From a virus (Duplodnaviria > Caudoviricetes), in the IMG/VR virus record IMGVR_UViG_3300009537_000009, positions 1 through 60,801 of that record: DNA of 60,801 bases. One strand, given 5' to 3'. The translations under genes and the position numbers were made by a program. Every line of letters starts with the position of its first letter. Position 1 is the first letter of the stretch. A model generated the notes under the pieces. That model was not told the origin of the DNA. It was given only the letters and a program-made list of their open reading frames with translations, and ran no database searches. This document shows, piece after piece, positions 1 through 8,718 of this stretch.

Positions 1-57
1 AACGGACACACTCACCATACTCAGCATACAAACGGACACACTCACCATACTCAGCAT
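1..57. repeat. 30-bp-period tandem duplication (aacggacacactcaccatactcagcat x2), in frame within a CDS
   Basis: Direct repeat at 1-27 and 31-57; encodes AEYGECVR twice on the minus strand. Confidence 0.9.
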
Positions 58-99
58 CATCGAGGTAGCTCCTTCGTGCGGTTACTTCCGGATCGAGGG
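1..99. repeat. 99-bp terminal overlap identical to 60703-60801 (circular assembly)
   Basis: Exact identity of the first and last 99 nt; an ORF reads in frame across the junction. Confidence 0.95.
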
Positions 100-202
100 T
101 CGGGAAGGGCTCCCATTCGCTCATAGCCTCCAGAGTTATACCTGGGAACACCCCGACCAGCGGGATCGTTCCAATTACCACAAAAAAATCACGTCTATCC
201 AT
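1..202 (-). CDS. 5' part of a junction-spanning hypothetical protein (continues 60702-60449) with twin-arginine-like N-terminus
   Basis: ATG at 202 after GGAG; translates MDRRDFFVVIGTIPLVG... in frame into ORF 60449-60733. Confidence 0.7.
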   Translation of the reverse strand, partial: MDRRDFFVVIGTIPLVGVFPGITLEAMSEWEPFPTLDPEVTARRSYLDDAEYGECVRLYAEYGECVR

Positions 203-220
203 CACTATGCTCCATAAGTT

Positions 221-508
221 TTATTTATGCCATGCGTCCATGGCAGACAGTGCTGATAAAATTAACTTATCGGCTTCTTTCCGGTCCCACCATGTAAGGT
301 ACCCCTCTTCGTCCGTCTTCCCCCTAATCAGTCCGCCATCGTACAGGGCGTGGTAGATTCCGTGCTTCCAGTCAGAGTTGCCAAATGGACGCTTGCCACT
401 AAAACCCTCGTCTTCGATCCACAATTTCTTCATGGATTCACGAAAGAAGGCTCCGATGGTGGGAGGGAGTTGAAATTCTTCTCTTATAGTTAAGTCTAGT
501 ATCTTCAT
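221..508 (-). CDS. Hypothetical protein (probable start at 508, MKILDLT...)
   Basis: 3' part of ORF 221-793; the upstream extension runs through a promoter and structured leader. Confidence 0.65.
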   Translation of the reverse strand: MKILDLTIREEFQLPPTIGAFFRESMKKLWIEDEGFSGKRPFGNSDWKHGIYHALYDGGLIRGKTDEEGYLTWWDRKEADKLILSALSAMDAWHK

Positions 509-509
509 G

Positions 510-755
510 TCTATCTCAATGGATTCAGATTCCGAGGACACAGGGTTCCCCAGGGGAGCAAGCTGGCTCCACCAGAGTCCCTGTCCGTATCTCAATTGGA
601 ACGAGTTCGTCGGTTCAGGTTGCAAGCACCCCGGATTTACACCGGATTCTCCTTCCACCCTCATCCTGCTTGCACAAATCCCGGTGAGTGTGGTATCATC
701 TCTCGATGCGCTGGCGGACGGTGACAGAGCTTTGGCTCGGACTGTTGACCAACGA
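510..755 (-). ncRNA. Putative structured leader or ncRNA (unclassified)
   Basis: Lies between leftward promoter and first CDS; nested inverted repeats 621-628/667-674, 631-645 hairpin, 540-545/579-584, 609-617/746-753. Confidence 0.4.
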
Positions 756-761
756 AACCCT

Positions 762-789
762 ATTATAGCACCACTTGACAAAATGTCAA
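762..789 (-). promoter_or_regulatory. Leftward sigma70-type promoter
   Basis: Minus strand TTGACA (789-784), 16-nt spacer, TGcTATAAT extended -10 (TATAAT 767-762). Confidence 0.85.
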
Positions 790-803
790 CCATGAATTAT
801 AAT
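775..803 (+). promoter_or_regulatory. Rightward sigma70-type promoter for the primase-helicase
   Basis: TTGACA 775-780, 17-nt spacer, TATAAT 798-803; ATG at 810. Confidence 0.85.
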
Positions 804-809
804 CCCCCT

Positions 810-2540
810 ATGAAATCATTTGAAGATTACAGAATTGCAATCCCCGCTGGGTATGTGGGGCAGTATCGGACCACCTGTCCGGAGTGTTCTCATTCGAGGA
901 AAAAGCAGGGCGTGCACTGTCTCTCTGTCAATATCGACGAGGGAGTGTGGAACTGTAAGCATTGTGGTTGGGCAGGAAGCCTCCACGAGGAGTTCGTTCC
1001 TCCCGTGGTGCAGAGGAAATCTCCCAACAAAATCAAACCAATAGTGGAGAAGCACTCCATGCCGGTGTGGGCAGAGGAGTTCTTTCTCAGCCGTGGCATC
1101 AGTCAAAATACCCTCATAGCCAACAAGGTAACAGGGGGGGTGGAGTATATCCATGAGAAGGAGGCAGAAGTCCCCGTGGTGGGGTTTGTCTACTACAAGG
1201 ATGGGGAGATTTGCAATGTCAAGTACCGTGACGAGGACAAGAATTTCATAGGGGTAAAGGGAGCCGAGCGGTGCCTATACGGGTACGACCACATCAAGAA
1301 TAATCGTGTGATCATTGTCGAGGGGGAGATGGATAAGCTTGCCCTATGGGAGGCGGGACACCATAGTTGTGTCTCCGTTCCGGATGGCGCACCAGCCCCC
1401 AACACCAAGAACTATTCCTCGAAGTTCACCTTTCTGGATGATCCCAAGCTGGATGCGGTGGAGGATTGGATCATTGCGGTGGACTCTGACGCTCCCGGTA
1501 AGAAGCTGGAGCATGAGTTGGCTCGTCGGTTGGGACTCGGCAAGTGTTCGAGAGTTGTTTGGCCCAGCGATTGCAAGGATGCCAATGATGTGTTAATGAA
1601 GCACGGTAGGGAAGCTCTTGATCTGTGTATCCAGAGTAGGGAGCCATTCCCCGTAAAGGGGACTTTCAGTGCCAACGACCTGGAAGAGGACGTGATCGAC
1701 TTATACAGGAATGGCATGGAGAGGGGTGTATCCACAGGCTGGAAGAGTCTCGATCCTTTTCTCAAGATTCGGCCCGGACTTTTAACGGTGGTGACTGGTG
1801 TGCCGAACTCCGGCAAATCTAATTGGGTGGATGACCTGATGATCAATCTGGCCGAGAACGAGGGGTGGCGGTTTGCTATCTTCTCACCGGAGAACCAGCC
1901 AATCAAGGATCATGTGACCCGCATGATTGAGAAGAGGGTGCGAGTCCCGTTTGATTTTACGTATGATGTACGCATGACGGAGAAGGATTTGCTCCACGGA
2001 AACAAGTGGGTGGGGCATTACTTTACTTGGATTCTCCCCGACGATGATTCGGAGTGGACTCTTGATAACATTCTCGACACCGCCAGGGTGTTGGTGCAGA
2101 GAAAGGGGATCAACGGTCTCGTGATCGACCCATGGAACGAACTTGAGCATATGCGTCCACCACACATGACGGAAACCGAATACATTTCCATCTGTCTAAA
2201 AAAGATGAGGCATTTTGCCAGACAGAACTCTATCAGCTTGATTATTGTTGCCCATCCTGCCAAGTTATATCGTGGGCAGGACGGCAAGTTCCCTGTGCCA
2301 GACCTTTACTCTATTAGTGGGTCCGCTCACTGGAAAAATAAATCGGATAATGGGGTAGTGATATGGAGAGACCTGGAAAACCCGCAAGACAGGAGGATAC
2401 AGGTTCATATACAGAAGGTGAGGTTTCGTCAGGATGGTAGGCTGGGGGTGGCTGATCTGGTGTATTGTGGGGTGACCGGAAAGTATAAGAATGTCGGTGA
2501 CAATACTCCAATGGTTTCACCATACGAGGAAACCGTATGA
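810..2540 (+). CDS. Bifunctional DNA primase-helicase (T7 gp4/Twinkle-like)
   Basis: Zinc-binding CPECSH...CKHCGW, TOPRIM VEGEMD and DSDAPG, Walker A GVPNSGKS, IDPWN, SF4 helicase motifs. Confidence 0.93.
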   Translation: MKSFEDYRIAIPAGYVGQYRTTCPECSHSRKKQGVHCLSVNIDEGVWNCKHCGWAGSLHEEFVPPVVQRKSPNKIKPIVEKHSMPVWAEEFFLSRGISQNTLIANKVTGGVEYIHEKEAEVPVVGFVYYKDGEICNVKYRDEDKNFIGVKGAERCLYGYDHIKNNRVIIVEGEMDKLALWEAGHHSCVSVPDGAPAPNTKNYSSKFTFLDDPKLDAVEDWIIAVDSDAPGKKLEHELARRLGLGKCSRVVWPSDCKDANDVLMKHGREALDLCIQSREPFPVKGTFSANDLEEDVIDLYRNGMERGVSTGWKSLDPFLKIRPGLLTVVTGVPNSGKSNWVDDLMINLAENEGWRFAIFSPENQPIKDHVTRMIEKRVRVPFDFTYDVRMTEKDLLHGNKWVGHYFTWILPDDDSEWTLDNILDTARVLVQRKGINGLVIDPWNELEHMRPPHMTETEYISICLKKMRHFARQNSISLIIVAHPAKLYRGQDGKFPVPDLYSISGSAHWKNKSDNGVVIWRDLENPQDRRIQVHIQKVRFRQDGRLGVADLVYCGVTGKYKNVGDNTPMVSPYEETV

Positions 2541-2690
2541 TTGATGATGCTCATAAAGTACGGTGCTGTTATTGTTCTAGTTATGTCTTGTTGGACGCGA
2601 GATGTAAAAACAGGAGGGGTATTATGTACGGGAAGAAGCACAACATTCCCGGAAGACTGATTTCATGCGAGCAATACGAGGAGAAGAAGG

Positions 2691-2921
2691 ATGTTAGAAG
2701 GTAAGTTGTTTAACGATGTTGAGGAGTTGTGGGTGATACAGGAAGATGGTGTGGAGGTCGTTATGCCGTCTGGAAAGAGGGCGTGGACTTCCAGAAAGAA
2801 TGCGGAACTCGCGTTACAGAGTGCGCTCCGAAGGATTGATAGGATTGTTTATCGGGGGCGCGCAGCGGCTGAACTTAATAAGTATCGTCATGCTCACATT
2901 GAGATGAGGAGGTTGTTATGA
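2691..2921 (+). CDS. Hypothetical protein
   Basis: ORF with purine-rich RBS in compact operon. Confidence 0.6.
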   Translation: MLEGKLFNDVEELWVIQEDGVEVVMPSGKRAWTSRKNAELALQSALRRIDRIVYRGRAAAELNKYRHAHIEMRRLL

Positions 2922-3077
2922 ACGAGGCATATATAGAGATTCGGAAATTCATAAGGGATTGCAGGGACTGCCCACATATGGCTGTTGACTCGCAGTGGTT
3001 GGCTATATGTACGTCCATGAATATGAAGATAGACAGGCCATACACGGTGCCTGATTGGTGTCCATACTTAATAGAGG

Positions 3078-3308
3078 ATGGCTATGATGGGTGAGCTACA
3101 CTTAATAGAGCCGCCCTCAAAGCAAAGTGTAGGTGATTTTCTAAGAGAAATGGCCGAACAGGGTGACTTAGAGGAGAAATGCTTGATTGTTAAAATCCGT
3201 GAGGAACCCTTCACCTTGACTATGGGGTGGGTAAACATGAGTCCTATGGAGGCAATGGTTTATTCGGATGCTGCTCATAGATTAATTATGACGAAGATGG
3301 GGTTCTGA
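3078..3308 (+). CDS. Hypothetical protein
   Basis: ORF with GAGG RBS; resembles protein 60174-60452. Confidence 0.65.
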   Translation: MAMMGELHLIEPPSKQSVGDFLREMAEQGDLEEKCLIVKIREEPFTLTMGWVNMSPMEAMVYSDAAHRLIMTKMGF

Positions 3309-3310
3309 TA

Positions 3311-3643
3311 ATGAGTACGTGGAAGGCAGTGGAGAGGAGGGTAGCCACTTTTCTCGGCGGGGATAGGGTGCCAATAACAGGGAGAGTAAGAGGGAGTGCT
3401 CCAGATGTGGATCACAAGCACCTATCTATTGAGGTGAAGCATAGAAAGTCCCTTCCCTTATGGCTTGTGGATGCTATGGATCAGGCGGTTAAGAGTATGC
3501 GTGGCGAAAGGATTCCGATTGTTATACTTCATGAGAAGGGTAAGATGATTGGTGATTGTCTGGTGTTGTGTGAGTTAAAAAATTTCAGGGATATATTACA
3601 TGAGTGTGGAAGATATAAGGGCGTTGAGCATACAGGGGATTGA
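3311..3643 (+). CDS. PD-(D/E)xK nuclease, Holliday junction resolvase-like
   Basis: ERRVA...PDV...IEVKHRK motif pattern. Confidence 0.75.
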   Translation: MSTWKAVERRVATFLGGDRVPITGRVRGSAPDVDHKHLSIEVKHRKSLPLWLVDAMDQAVKSMRGERIPIVILHEKGKMIGDCLVLCELKNFRDILHECGRYKGVEHTGD

Positions 3644-4055
3644 TCCCACCGAAAAGTATGGATGGGTCTCATGGACAAGAGTGGCACATCAGTTATCTCG
3701 GGCGAGCAGGGAAGTTAGCTTATTTGGTAGGGCGAAATACGCCGGTGATGCAAACGCAAGAGCGAGATTCGAACAGTGGTTGGTGTCTGTGTACCAAGAG
3801 GAGGGGTTGTGTCGGGCGGTGATCGGGGAAATTATGGATCATGGGAAATGTCCCGTGTGCCATGGTGTGGCTTGGACAATAATAAAAGAGAAGAAGGTGG
3901 TGTGTCGTAGTTGTAAGGGTACGGGGCAGATGGTGTGGACCGAGAAAAAACTTAAGGGGGTGGCGGGTAAGTGGGACAAAGAGAAGTATATCAGGATTAG
4001 AACAAGGGTTTTGGATATTGAAACAGAATTATTCAGGGTGATGAGAAGAAGATAG
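3600..4055 (+). CDS. Zinc-finger protein, antitermination Q-like
   Basis: CPVCHG...CRSCKGTG DnaJ-type zinc finger; last gene of replication operon. Confidence 0.5.
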   Translation: MSVEDIRALSIQGIDPTEKYGWVSWTRVAHQLSRASREVSLFGRAKYAGDANARARFEQWLVSVYQEEGLCRAVIGEIMDHGKCPVCHGVAWTIIKEKKVVCRSCKGTGQMVWTEKKLKGVAGKWDKEKYIRIRTRVLDIETELFRVMRRR

Positions 4056-4080
4056 GGAACATCCCTGTTCCCTTTTTATT
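4054..4080 (+). terminator. Intrinsic terminator
   Basis: AGGGAACA-tccc-TGTTCCCT hairpin followed by T-tract, between convergent genes. Confidence 0.8.
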
Positions 4081-4496
4081 TACGGCAGGATGACTCTCAG
4101 CTTCCTCATCTTGGCGGAAGTGTGGAGAGTCTTTAGTGATTTGTTTCCATGGTCGGACATGATTTGAATATGCCAACCAACAAACTCCGCTCCATGGAGG
4201 GGTACCATTCTTCTATGAATGGAATATGTGAAGTGATGGGCCAGTTCGTGAGAGACGAGCCACGTATTTAGGGCCCAAGGAGGAAGGTGTATTTTGGAGT
4301 GGTAGAAATCGAAGAGTGCTGGCCCCCTCTCAGGGAACACTACGCCCTTGATATTCTTTATGCCATAAGTCGTACAAATTAAACGAGCATAGTCCACAAT
4401 CCCTTCCTTTCTCAGTTCCCTTGAGATTGGAGAGAGGAACTCATGTTCCCAATCATACACCCTTTTTCTCTGGAAATCTCTTGGAAACATAGGCAT
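4080..4496 (-). CDS. HExxH zinc metallopeptidase-like protein
   Basis: SHELAHH followed by HGAEF, SprT-like pattern. Confidence 0.7.
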   Translation of the reverse strand: MPMFPRDFQRKRVYDWEHEFLSPISRELRKEGIVDYARLICTTYGIKNIKGVVFPERGPALFDFYHSKIHLPPWALNTWLVSHELAHHFTYSIHRRMVPLHGAEFVGWHIQIMSDHGNKSLKTLHTSAKMRKLRVILP

Positions 4497-5169
4497 CGTG
4501 CTCCTTTTTTATACATGGTGTCTTGTGTACTACCTTGTGAAATGGATAGGAGACGTGGCCGCCTTTCGACCAGCACTCCCGGCATGTACCACAGTGACCT
4601 CCGTTTAGTTGAGACTGACATATAAATCCACCCGGCCATCTATCCCTGAACACTGATGATGTGCCTCCATACTTCTCACCGAGCCGCTTTATCCATCTGT
4701 TGGGCGCACCATCGACCATCACATAAGATACCCTGATGTTCAGGTTCTCCGGTATAGGTTGATGGTAGTCCTCCAAGATACGATACTCTCTGGTAGGAAG
4801 CCAGTGTTCGGTATCTGGAGTTTCTCTTGCCACTTCGCATATGTCAGACAACATCTTCTCACTTTGTAAATCCCCGCTATCGAACCAGCGAAAGAACTTA
4901 TCCCTTTTGACAAGAGTTATCATGGCCGGAACCCATAATGGTTCAGTCAACCACGCATGGTACCTGCGCTCCAAAGCGAGTTGCGTCCGGGGCATAAGAT
5001 AGCGCCCACCCTTGGCGAAACACACCCCCTTACTGCACACGGAACCTACCGCGTTCTCTAACTTGGAACCCATATTACAGCGGCTGGCAGGGATGTTCCA
5101 CGCCCTTCCTGGCATTTTGGATGGCTCTGATAGGCCGCCTGTGATTTCAACTGCTGTTTTGTGTAGCAT
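4453..5169 (-). CDS. Phage gp88-like Cys-rich protein
   Basis: GGLSEPSKMPG, C..CF, FRWFDSGD, WLPTRE, C-terminal CGTCRECW; probable start 5169. Confidence 0.7.
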   Translation of the reverse strand: MLHKTAVEITGGLSEPSKMPGRAWNIPASRCNMGSKLENAVGSVCSKGVCFAKGGRYLMPRTQLALERRYHAWLTEPLWVPAMITLVKRDKFFRWFDSGDLQSEKMLSDICEVARETPDTEHWLPTREYRILEDYHQPIPENLNIRVSYVMVDGAPNRWIKRLGEKYGGTSSVFRDRWPGGFICQSQLNGGHCGTCRECWSKGGHVSYPFHKVVHKTPCIKKEHDAYVSKRFPEKKGV

Positions 5170-5353
5170 TTGTACTCCACTTATGGTAGGCATGCATATC
5201 GTACCCACACGCAACGTGAGGCCCCTCATGGTCTGGTTCTCTGGTACATATCCAGAGTTGCTCCTCGCCATCACTGTCCACAATAATCCTCTCTCCGCAT
5301 GAATCCATACTATCGAAGTTACAATACTCACAACCAACGTCTTTATTGCTCAT
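5147..5353 (-). CDS. Small Cys/His-rich protein
   Basis: CEYC...CTREPDHEGPH. Confidence 0.55.
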   Translation of the reverse strand: MSNKDVGCEYCNFDSMDSCGERIIVDSDGEEQLWICTREPDHEGPHVACGYDMHAYHKWSTNATQNSS

Positions 5354-5399
5354 TTCATCGTACCTGTGTAAATGGGGACATCCCTGTCCCCTGGTTACA

Positions 5400-5624
5400 T
5401 TAAAGGGAGAAGTTTTTAATACCCATTCTGGATACTATAGTGTCTCCCTTGCGATTGTACATCTCTCCTGTGTTTGTATTAACACAGTAAAACTCATCCT
5501 GAGTTTTCTTTCTCATCCTGATACAGGGATGCATACCGAGCCAGAACCAGTCTCCCAGTTCTATGTCCCGAAGCTCCGCCTTTTCGAGTGGCTTCGAGAA
5601 AACAGCTATTGAGACCTGTTCCAT
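5400..5624 (-). CDS. Hypothetical protein
   Basis: Start overlaps stop of upstream gene. Confidence 0.55.
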   Translation of the reverse strand: MEQVSIAVFSKPLEKAELRDIELGDWFWLGMHPCIRMRKKTQDEFYCVNTNTGEMYNRKGDTIVSRMGIKNFSL

Positions 5625-6700
5625 TATGCAGCCCTCGCTATATCACGCCACTGAGACTGAGGAAGCTGGATGATAGTAGCACCCAATTGCTCCAGTTCAG
5701 AGGCACGGTCGTAGGTAATCTCATCGTGCTGAGCGAAGCGGGTTATTGCGTTGCTCAGTCCATACTTTGAGATATCTCCACCGGAGATAAGGTGCTTGAG
5801 CACACCGGAGGATTCATCCTTTGTAAGTTGCGATTTCTTCGCAACCATTTCAATGGACTTCACCGGGTCGCCGGTTATATCGCACTCAAGGGATGCTCGC
5901 ACCGAGTCACACAACTTGGTGAACACGTTACCACCAAGGGCACCGTTGACCACATCCTCCATCTTGGAGAAGATGGCCGCGTCTTCCAGGAGTTTTGTGC
6001 GGTCGGAGATAAGCTCCGCCACTATTCCGTCCACCTCGTGCTTCCGCCCCGTGTGGTGACGCCTTGAACCGGCATCCCTGAACACTGCGAGATTGGAACA
6101 GTGAATGGTATGTATTGCGGGGTACACACTCAACGCCCCCATACCAACCTCCGAGTTGGAAATAACCACACCGGGCTGGAGAACGTGGATTGGATTGTGA
6201 CCAACCCCCCACTCAACACCAGGGCGCTTAATTTCCTCCCTTATATCCGGCAGAGTAGCCTTGATATAGAGTTTGGTATCGGTGATATCACAGGACTGAA
6301 CCACAGCACCGCTCTTCATGAGAGCTGGCAAGACTACTTCCGCCAGATCATAGTTATCGAGACAACGATAACTGTTCGACAGAAATGCCCTCGCTACCCC
6401 GTCCATGGTACGCACCATCTGTGGTGATGGCTCATCATGAAGCCAATGGTTCACATTCTCCCTGAGAAGTTCGGGGGCTGAGTGGAGCATCCTGTCGTAG
6501 TACCGGGCATCAATGCCAAGATGTGAACCCAACTGACGATGGGCCACGTGGTTCATCTCGAACGAACCTTGCTGATCAAGAGACAACCTGCTTGAGGAAT
6601 CCATTTCCATCAGAGAAGTATCCCCGATGAAGTCTTGCTTAGATTCCCTCTGACGAGTCAACTCATCAGCCAGTTCGTTCAACGATTTGCCTTTCTTCAT
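5624..6700 (-). CDS. DUF932-like phage protein
   Basis: ARAFLSNSYRCLDN, ISNSEVGMG, CSNL, NAIT motifs. Confidence 0.8.
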   Translation of the reverse strand: MKKGKSLNELADELTRQRESKQDFIGDTSLMEMDSSSRLSLDQQGSFEMNHVAHRQLGSHLGIDARYYDRMLHSAPELLRENVNHWLHDEPSPQMVRTMDGVARAFLSNSYRCLDNYDLAEVVLPALMKSGAVVQSCDITDTKLYIKATLPDIREEIKRPGVEWGVGHNPIHVLQPGVVISNSEVGMGALSVYPAIHTIHCSNLAVFRDAGSRRHHTGRKHEVDGIVAELISDRTKLLEDAAIFSKMEDVVNGALGGNVFTKLCDSVRASLECDITGDPVKSIEMVAKKSQLTKDESSGVLKHLISGGDISKYGLSNAITRFAQHDEITYDRASELEQLGATIIQLPQSQWRDIARAA

Positions 6701-6776
6701 TTCAATTTACCTTTAGGTGAAGTGCGGTCACCTTCATACCGCACAATGTTTTCTACTTCCATGCAGCGGAGAACAA

Positions 6777-6995
6777 TCATCCTCTCTTGACTACTCGCGT
6801 CACCTGCTTGAAGTCGCCCCATATTGCGACGAGCTTTACAGACCGCTCTGAGATTATTACATCCCAAAAGTCCGGTTCGGACTGAGAGTGCATTCCATAC
6901 ATCATCTCCTGCACGTTCCCTTTTTCCTTGATCCACTTTTCATGATCTTCAAACAGATCAAGTGCATGGTTCTCATCTGTATATCTAATCTTCAT
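6777..6995 (-). CDS. Hypothetical protein
   Basis: GAGG RBS; preceded by palindrome 7015-7034. Confidence 0.6.
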   Translation of the reverse strand: MKIRYTDENHALDLFEDHEKWIKEKGNVQEMMYGMHSQSEPDFWDVIISERSVKLVAIWGDFKQVTRVVKRG

Positions 6996-7014
6996 AGTAT
7001 AACCTCGTTGGTGA

Positions 7015-7034
7015 ACTGTAAACCTGTTTACGGT
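7015..7034. promoter_or_regulatory. 20-bp palindrome copy 1
   Basis: ACTGTAAAC-CT-GTTTACGGT. Confidence 0.8.
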
Positions 7035-7228
7035 TTGTTAAGGAATTGCTCAGCCTGAGTGTCGTATCCTATTACTACTCCTTTCTGTGCTCGCTTCTCC
7101 ATCTGTTTGATGGAGCGTTCTAACTGTCTCCGTACACGCTTCATCTTGTTGATCGACTTGCGGTCTGTTCCATCATAACGCGCCTTACTTGGTGATCGCT
7201 TCGAGCGACCGTGTTTTTCATTTGCCAT
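7028..7228 (-). CDS. Small basic hypothetical protein
   Basis: ORF with GAGG RBS. Confidence 0.6.
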   Translation of the reverse strand: MANEKHGRSKRSPSKARYDGTDRKSINKMKRVRRQLERSIKQMEKRAQKGVVIGYDTQAEQFLNKP

Positions 7229-7238
7229 TTCTCATACC

Positions 7239-7754
7239 TCATTGTGTGCGTGAACGCTCTACTGTAACAATTGTATCGTACTTACTCCCGCCGTGTGGAA
7301 CCAGCAAGACCTCCAGCATTTCGAAACCACGACCCTTACCGAGTCCCATGCTATTCCAACCAAAGCATATAGCAAGCCCACACGGTTTCAGTACCCTTGC
7401 CGCTTCATCTTTCAGGGAGGCCACCCAACCAGCCGACGTATGCCATCCTGTTATTTTAATCCCAGCCCTCTTGTAGTGCTCTGATACTTGTCGAGGGGAG
7501 TACGGCGGGTCGAGTAGAATTCCATCAAACTTATGACTCTCCCTTGTTTTCAAAAACTCTATACTGTCCATGCAAAACTCAACCCTTCCTGACAAGTCGT
7601 TTCGAAACTGTGCCGGGCTGTTATCTCCAGCAAACGGATCGCACCAGTTGACCCCATCACCCACATACCTCTCTATCAGGGTTTTTATGGGTCGAATAGT
7701 AAACGTCTCCTTGTTTGCCATTGCCCAAATACGATTAATCTCCACTTTTAACAC
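7239..7754 (-). CDS. Amino (m6A/m4C) DNA methyltransferase-like protein
   Basis: DPFAG (SAM-binding-like) and DPPY catalytic motif. Confidence 0.75.
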   Translation of the reverse strand: MLKVEINRIWAMANKETFTIRPIKTLIERYVGDGVNWCDPFAGDNSPAQFRNDLSGRVEFCMDSIEFLKTRESHKFDGILLDPPYSPRQVSEHYKRAGIKITGWHTSAGWVASLKDEAARVLKPCGLAICFGWNSMGLGKGRGFEMLEVLLVPHGGSKYDTIVTVERSRTQ

Positions 7755-7777
7755 CTCTTGGTTGTTGAACAGTGTAC

Positions 7778-8389
7778 TTAGCCCTTTTGTTTATTTAGAA
7801 GCCATTCATAAACATACGACCATTTCCAAAAATCATCATCTCTCCATTCGAAGGCAGCCACGAGTGACGATATAGCATCTCCATATGATGGTGTCCTACA
7901 TTTACTGACCCAGGACTCTAACCTCTCCTCTGATATACCTACTTCCTTACCAGCCTCTTTGCCAATTGATTTCAATATTTCTTTAAGGAAAAGCGTTATG
8001 TTGCATGGAGTATCCATCTCCCTACACTTCTTGACTACCTCTTCTCCGTAGAGAAATTGTGCAATCTCTCCACATTTAACCATAAACTCCTGCAATGTTT
8101 CTGCTTTGCAAGCTTCCGAGTATGGAGTACGATAGCAGAGTTTGTGACCAGCCAGCCCGACAGGACAGTGTTTGCATTTATGGTCTCCAATGTCACCAGC
8201 CTCGCTTTCGCCCTTCAGGCAAAGAGCACAGTTCTCCGGGCGTAGTCTTGGTCTGTTTAAGAAAGCCCCGTCTCTTAATAGTCTATACCCTATGGTCGAT
8301 AAACTCTTGGCATTGTAGAATGTTATCTTGTCCCATTCCACTGTGTTCAGGTAGTCGGTGTACTCTTCGTAAGTATAAAACTTCTTCAT
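7778..8389 (-). CDS. Cys-rich hypothetical protein (paralog of 8715-9326)
   Basis: CALC...CKHCPVGLAGHKLCYRTPY. Confidence 0.7.
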   Translation of the reverse strand: MKKFYTYEEYTDYLNTVEWDKITFYNAKSLSTIGYRLLRDGAFLNRPRLRPENCALCLKGESEAGDIGDHKCKHCPVGLAGHKLCYRTPYSEACKAETLQEFMVKCGEIAQFLYGEEVVKKCREMDTPCNITLFLKEILKSIGKEAGKEVGISEERLESWVSKCRTPSYGDAISSLVAAFEWRDDDFWKWSYVYEWLLNKQKG

Positions 8390-8496
8390 TAAATATCTCC
8401 TATGTTGGTGCGGATTACATCCGCGATTTCAGAAAACGTGAGACCATTAGAGCTTCTACAACCGACATGAGAGTACCCTTATCAATGCCGTGTTGG

Positions 8497-8718
8497 TTAT
8501 GCCTCCAAAACTCTCTTACTCTTTTCTTCATGACGAACCTCTCTTGCTTTTAACATGTTACAAATGTCCTGTGCCTGATCTTTTCCGAACAGGCACGTCT
8601 CGTACTCGAATACTGGTGACCAGATAAAACCAAGTGGACAGAACTTTGCCCACTCTACATTATTACCGTATCTCACAACAGCATACAAGTTCCTTTTATA
8701 GTGGCTTACTTTTATCAC
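8497..8718 (-). CDS. Hypothetical protein
   Basis: ORF overlapping upstream stop, GGAG RBS. Confidence 0.55.
   Translation of the reverse strand: MIKVSHYKRNLYAVVRYGNNVEWAKFCPLGFIWSPVFEYETCLFGKDQAQDICNMLKAREVRHEEKSKRVLEA

Noticed and set aside
1-60. Repeat at the window start as a CRISPR array
   Set aside because: Two adjacent copies with no spacer, in frame within a CDS; no cas genes
62-90. CGGTTACTTC hairpin as a YrlA 5' motif
   Set aside because: No T arm, D arm or acceptor follows; it lies antisense within a coding region
507-809. N-terminal 101 aa of the 677-aa ORF
   Set aside because: Upstream of the consensus promoter and lacking primase motifs
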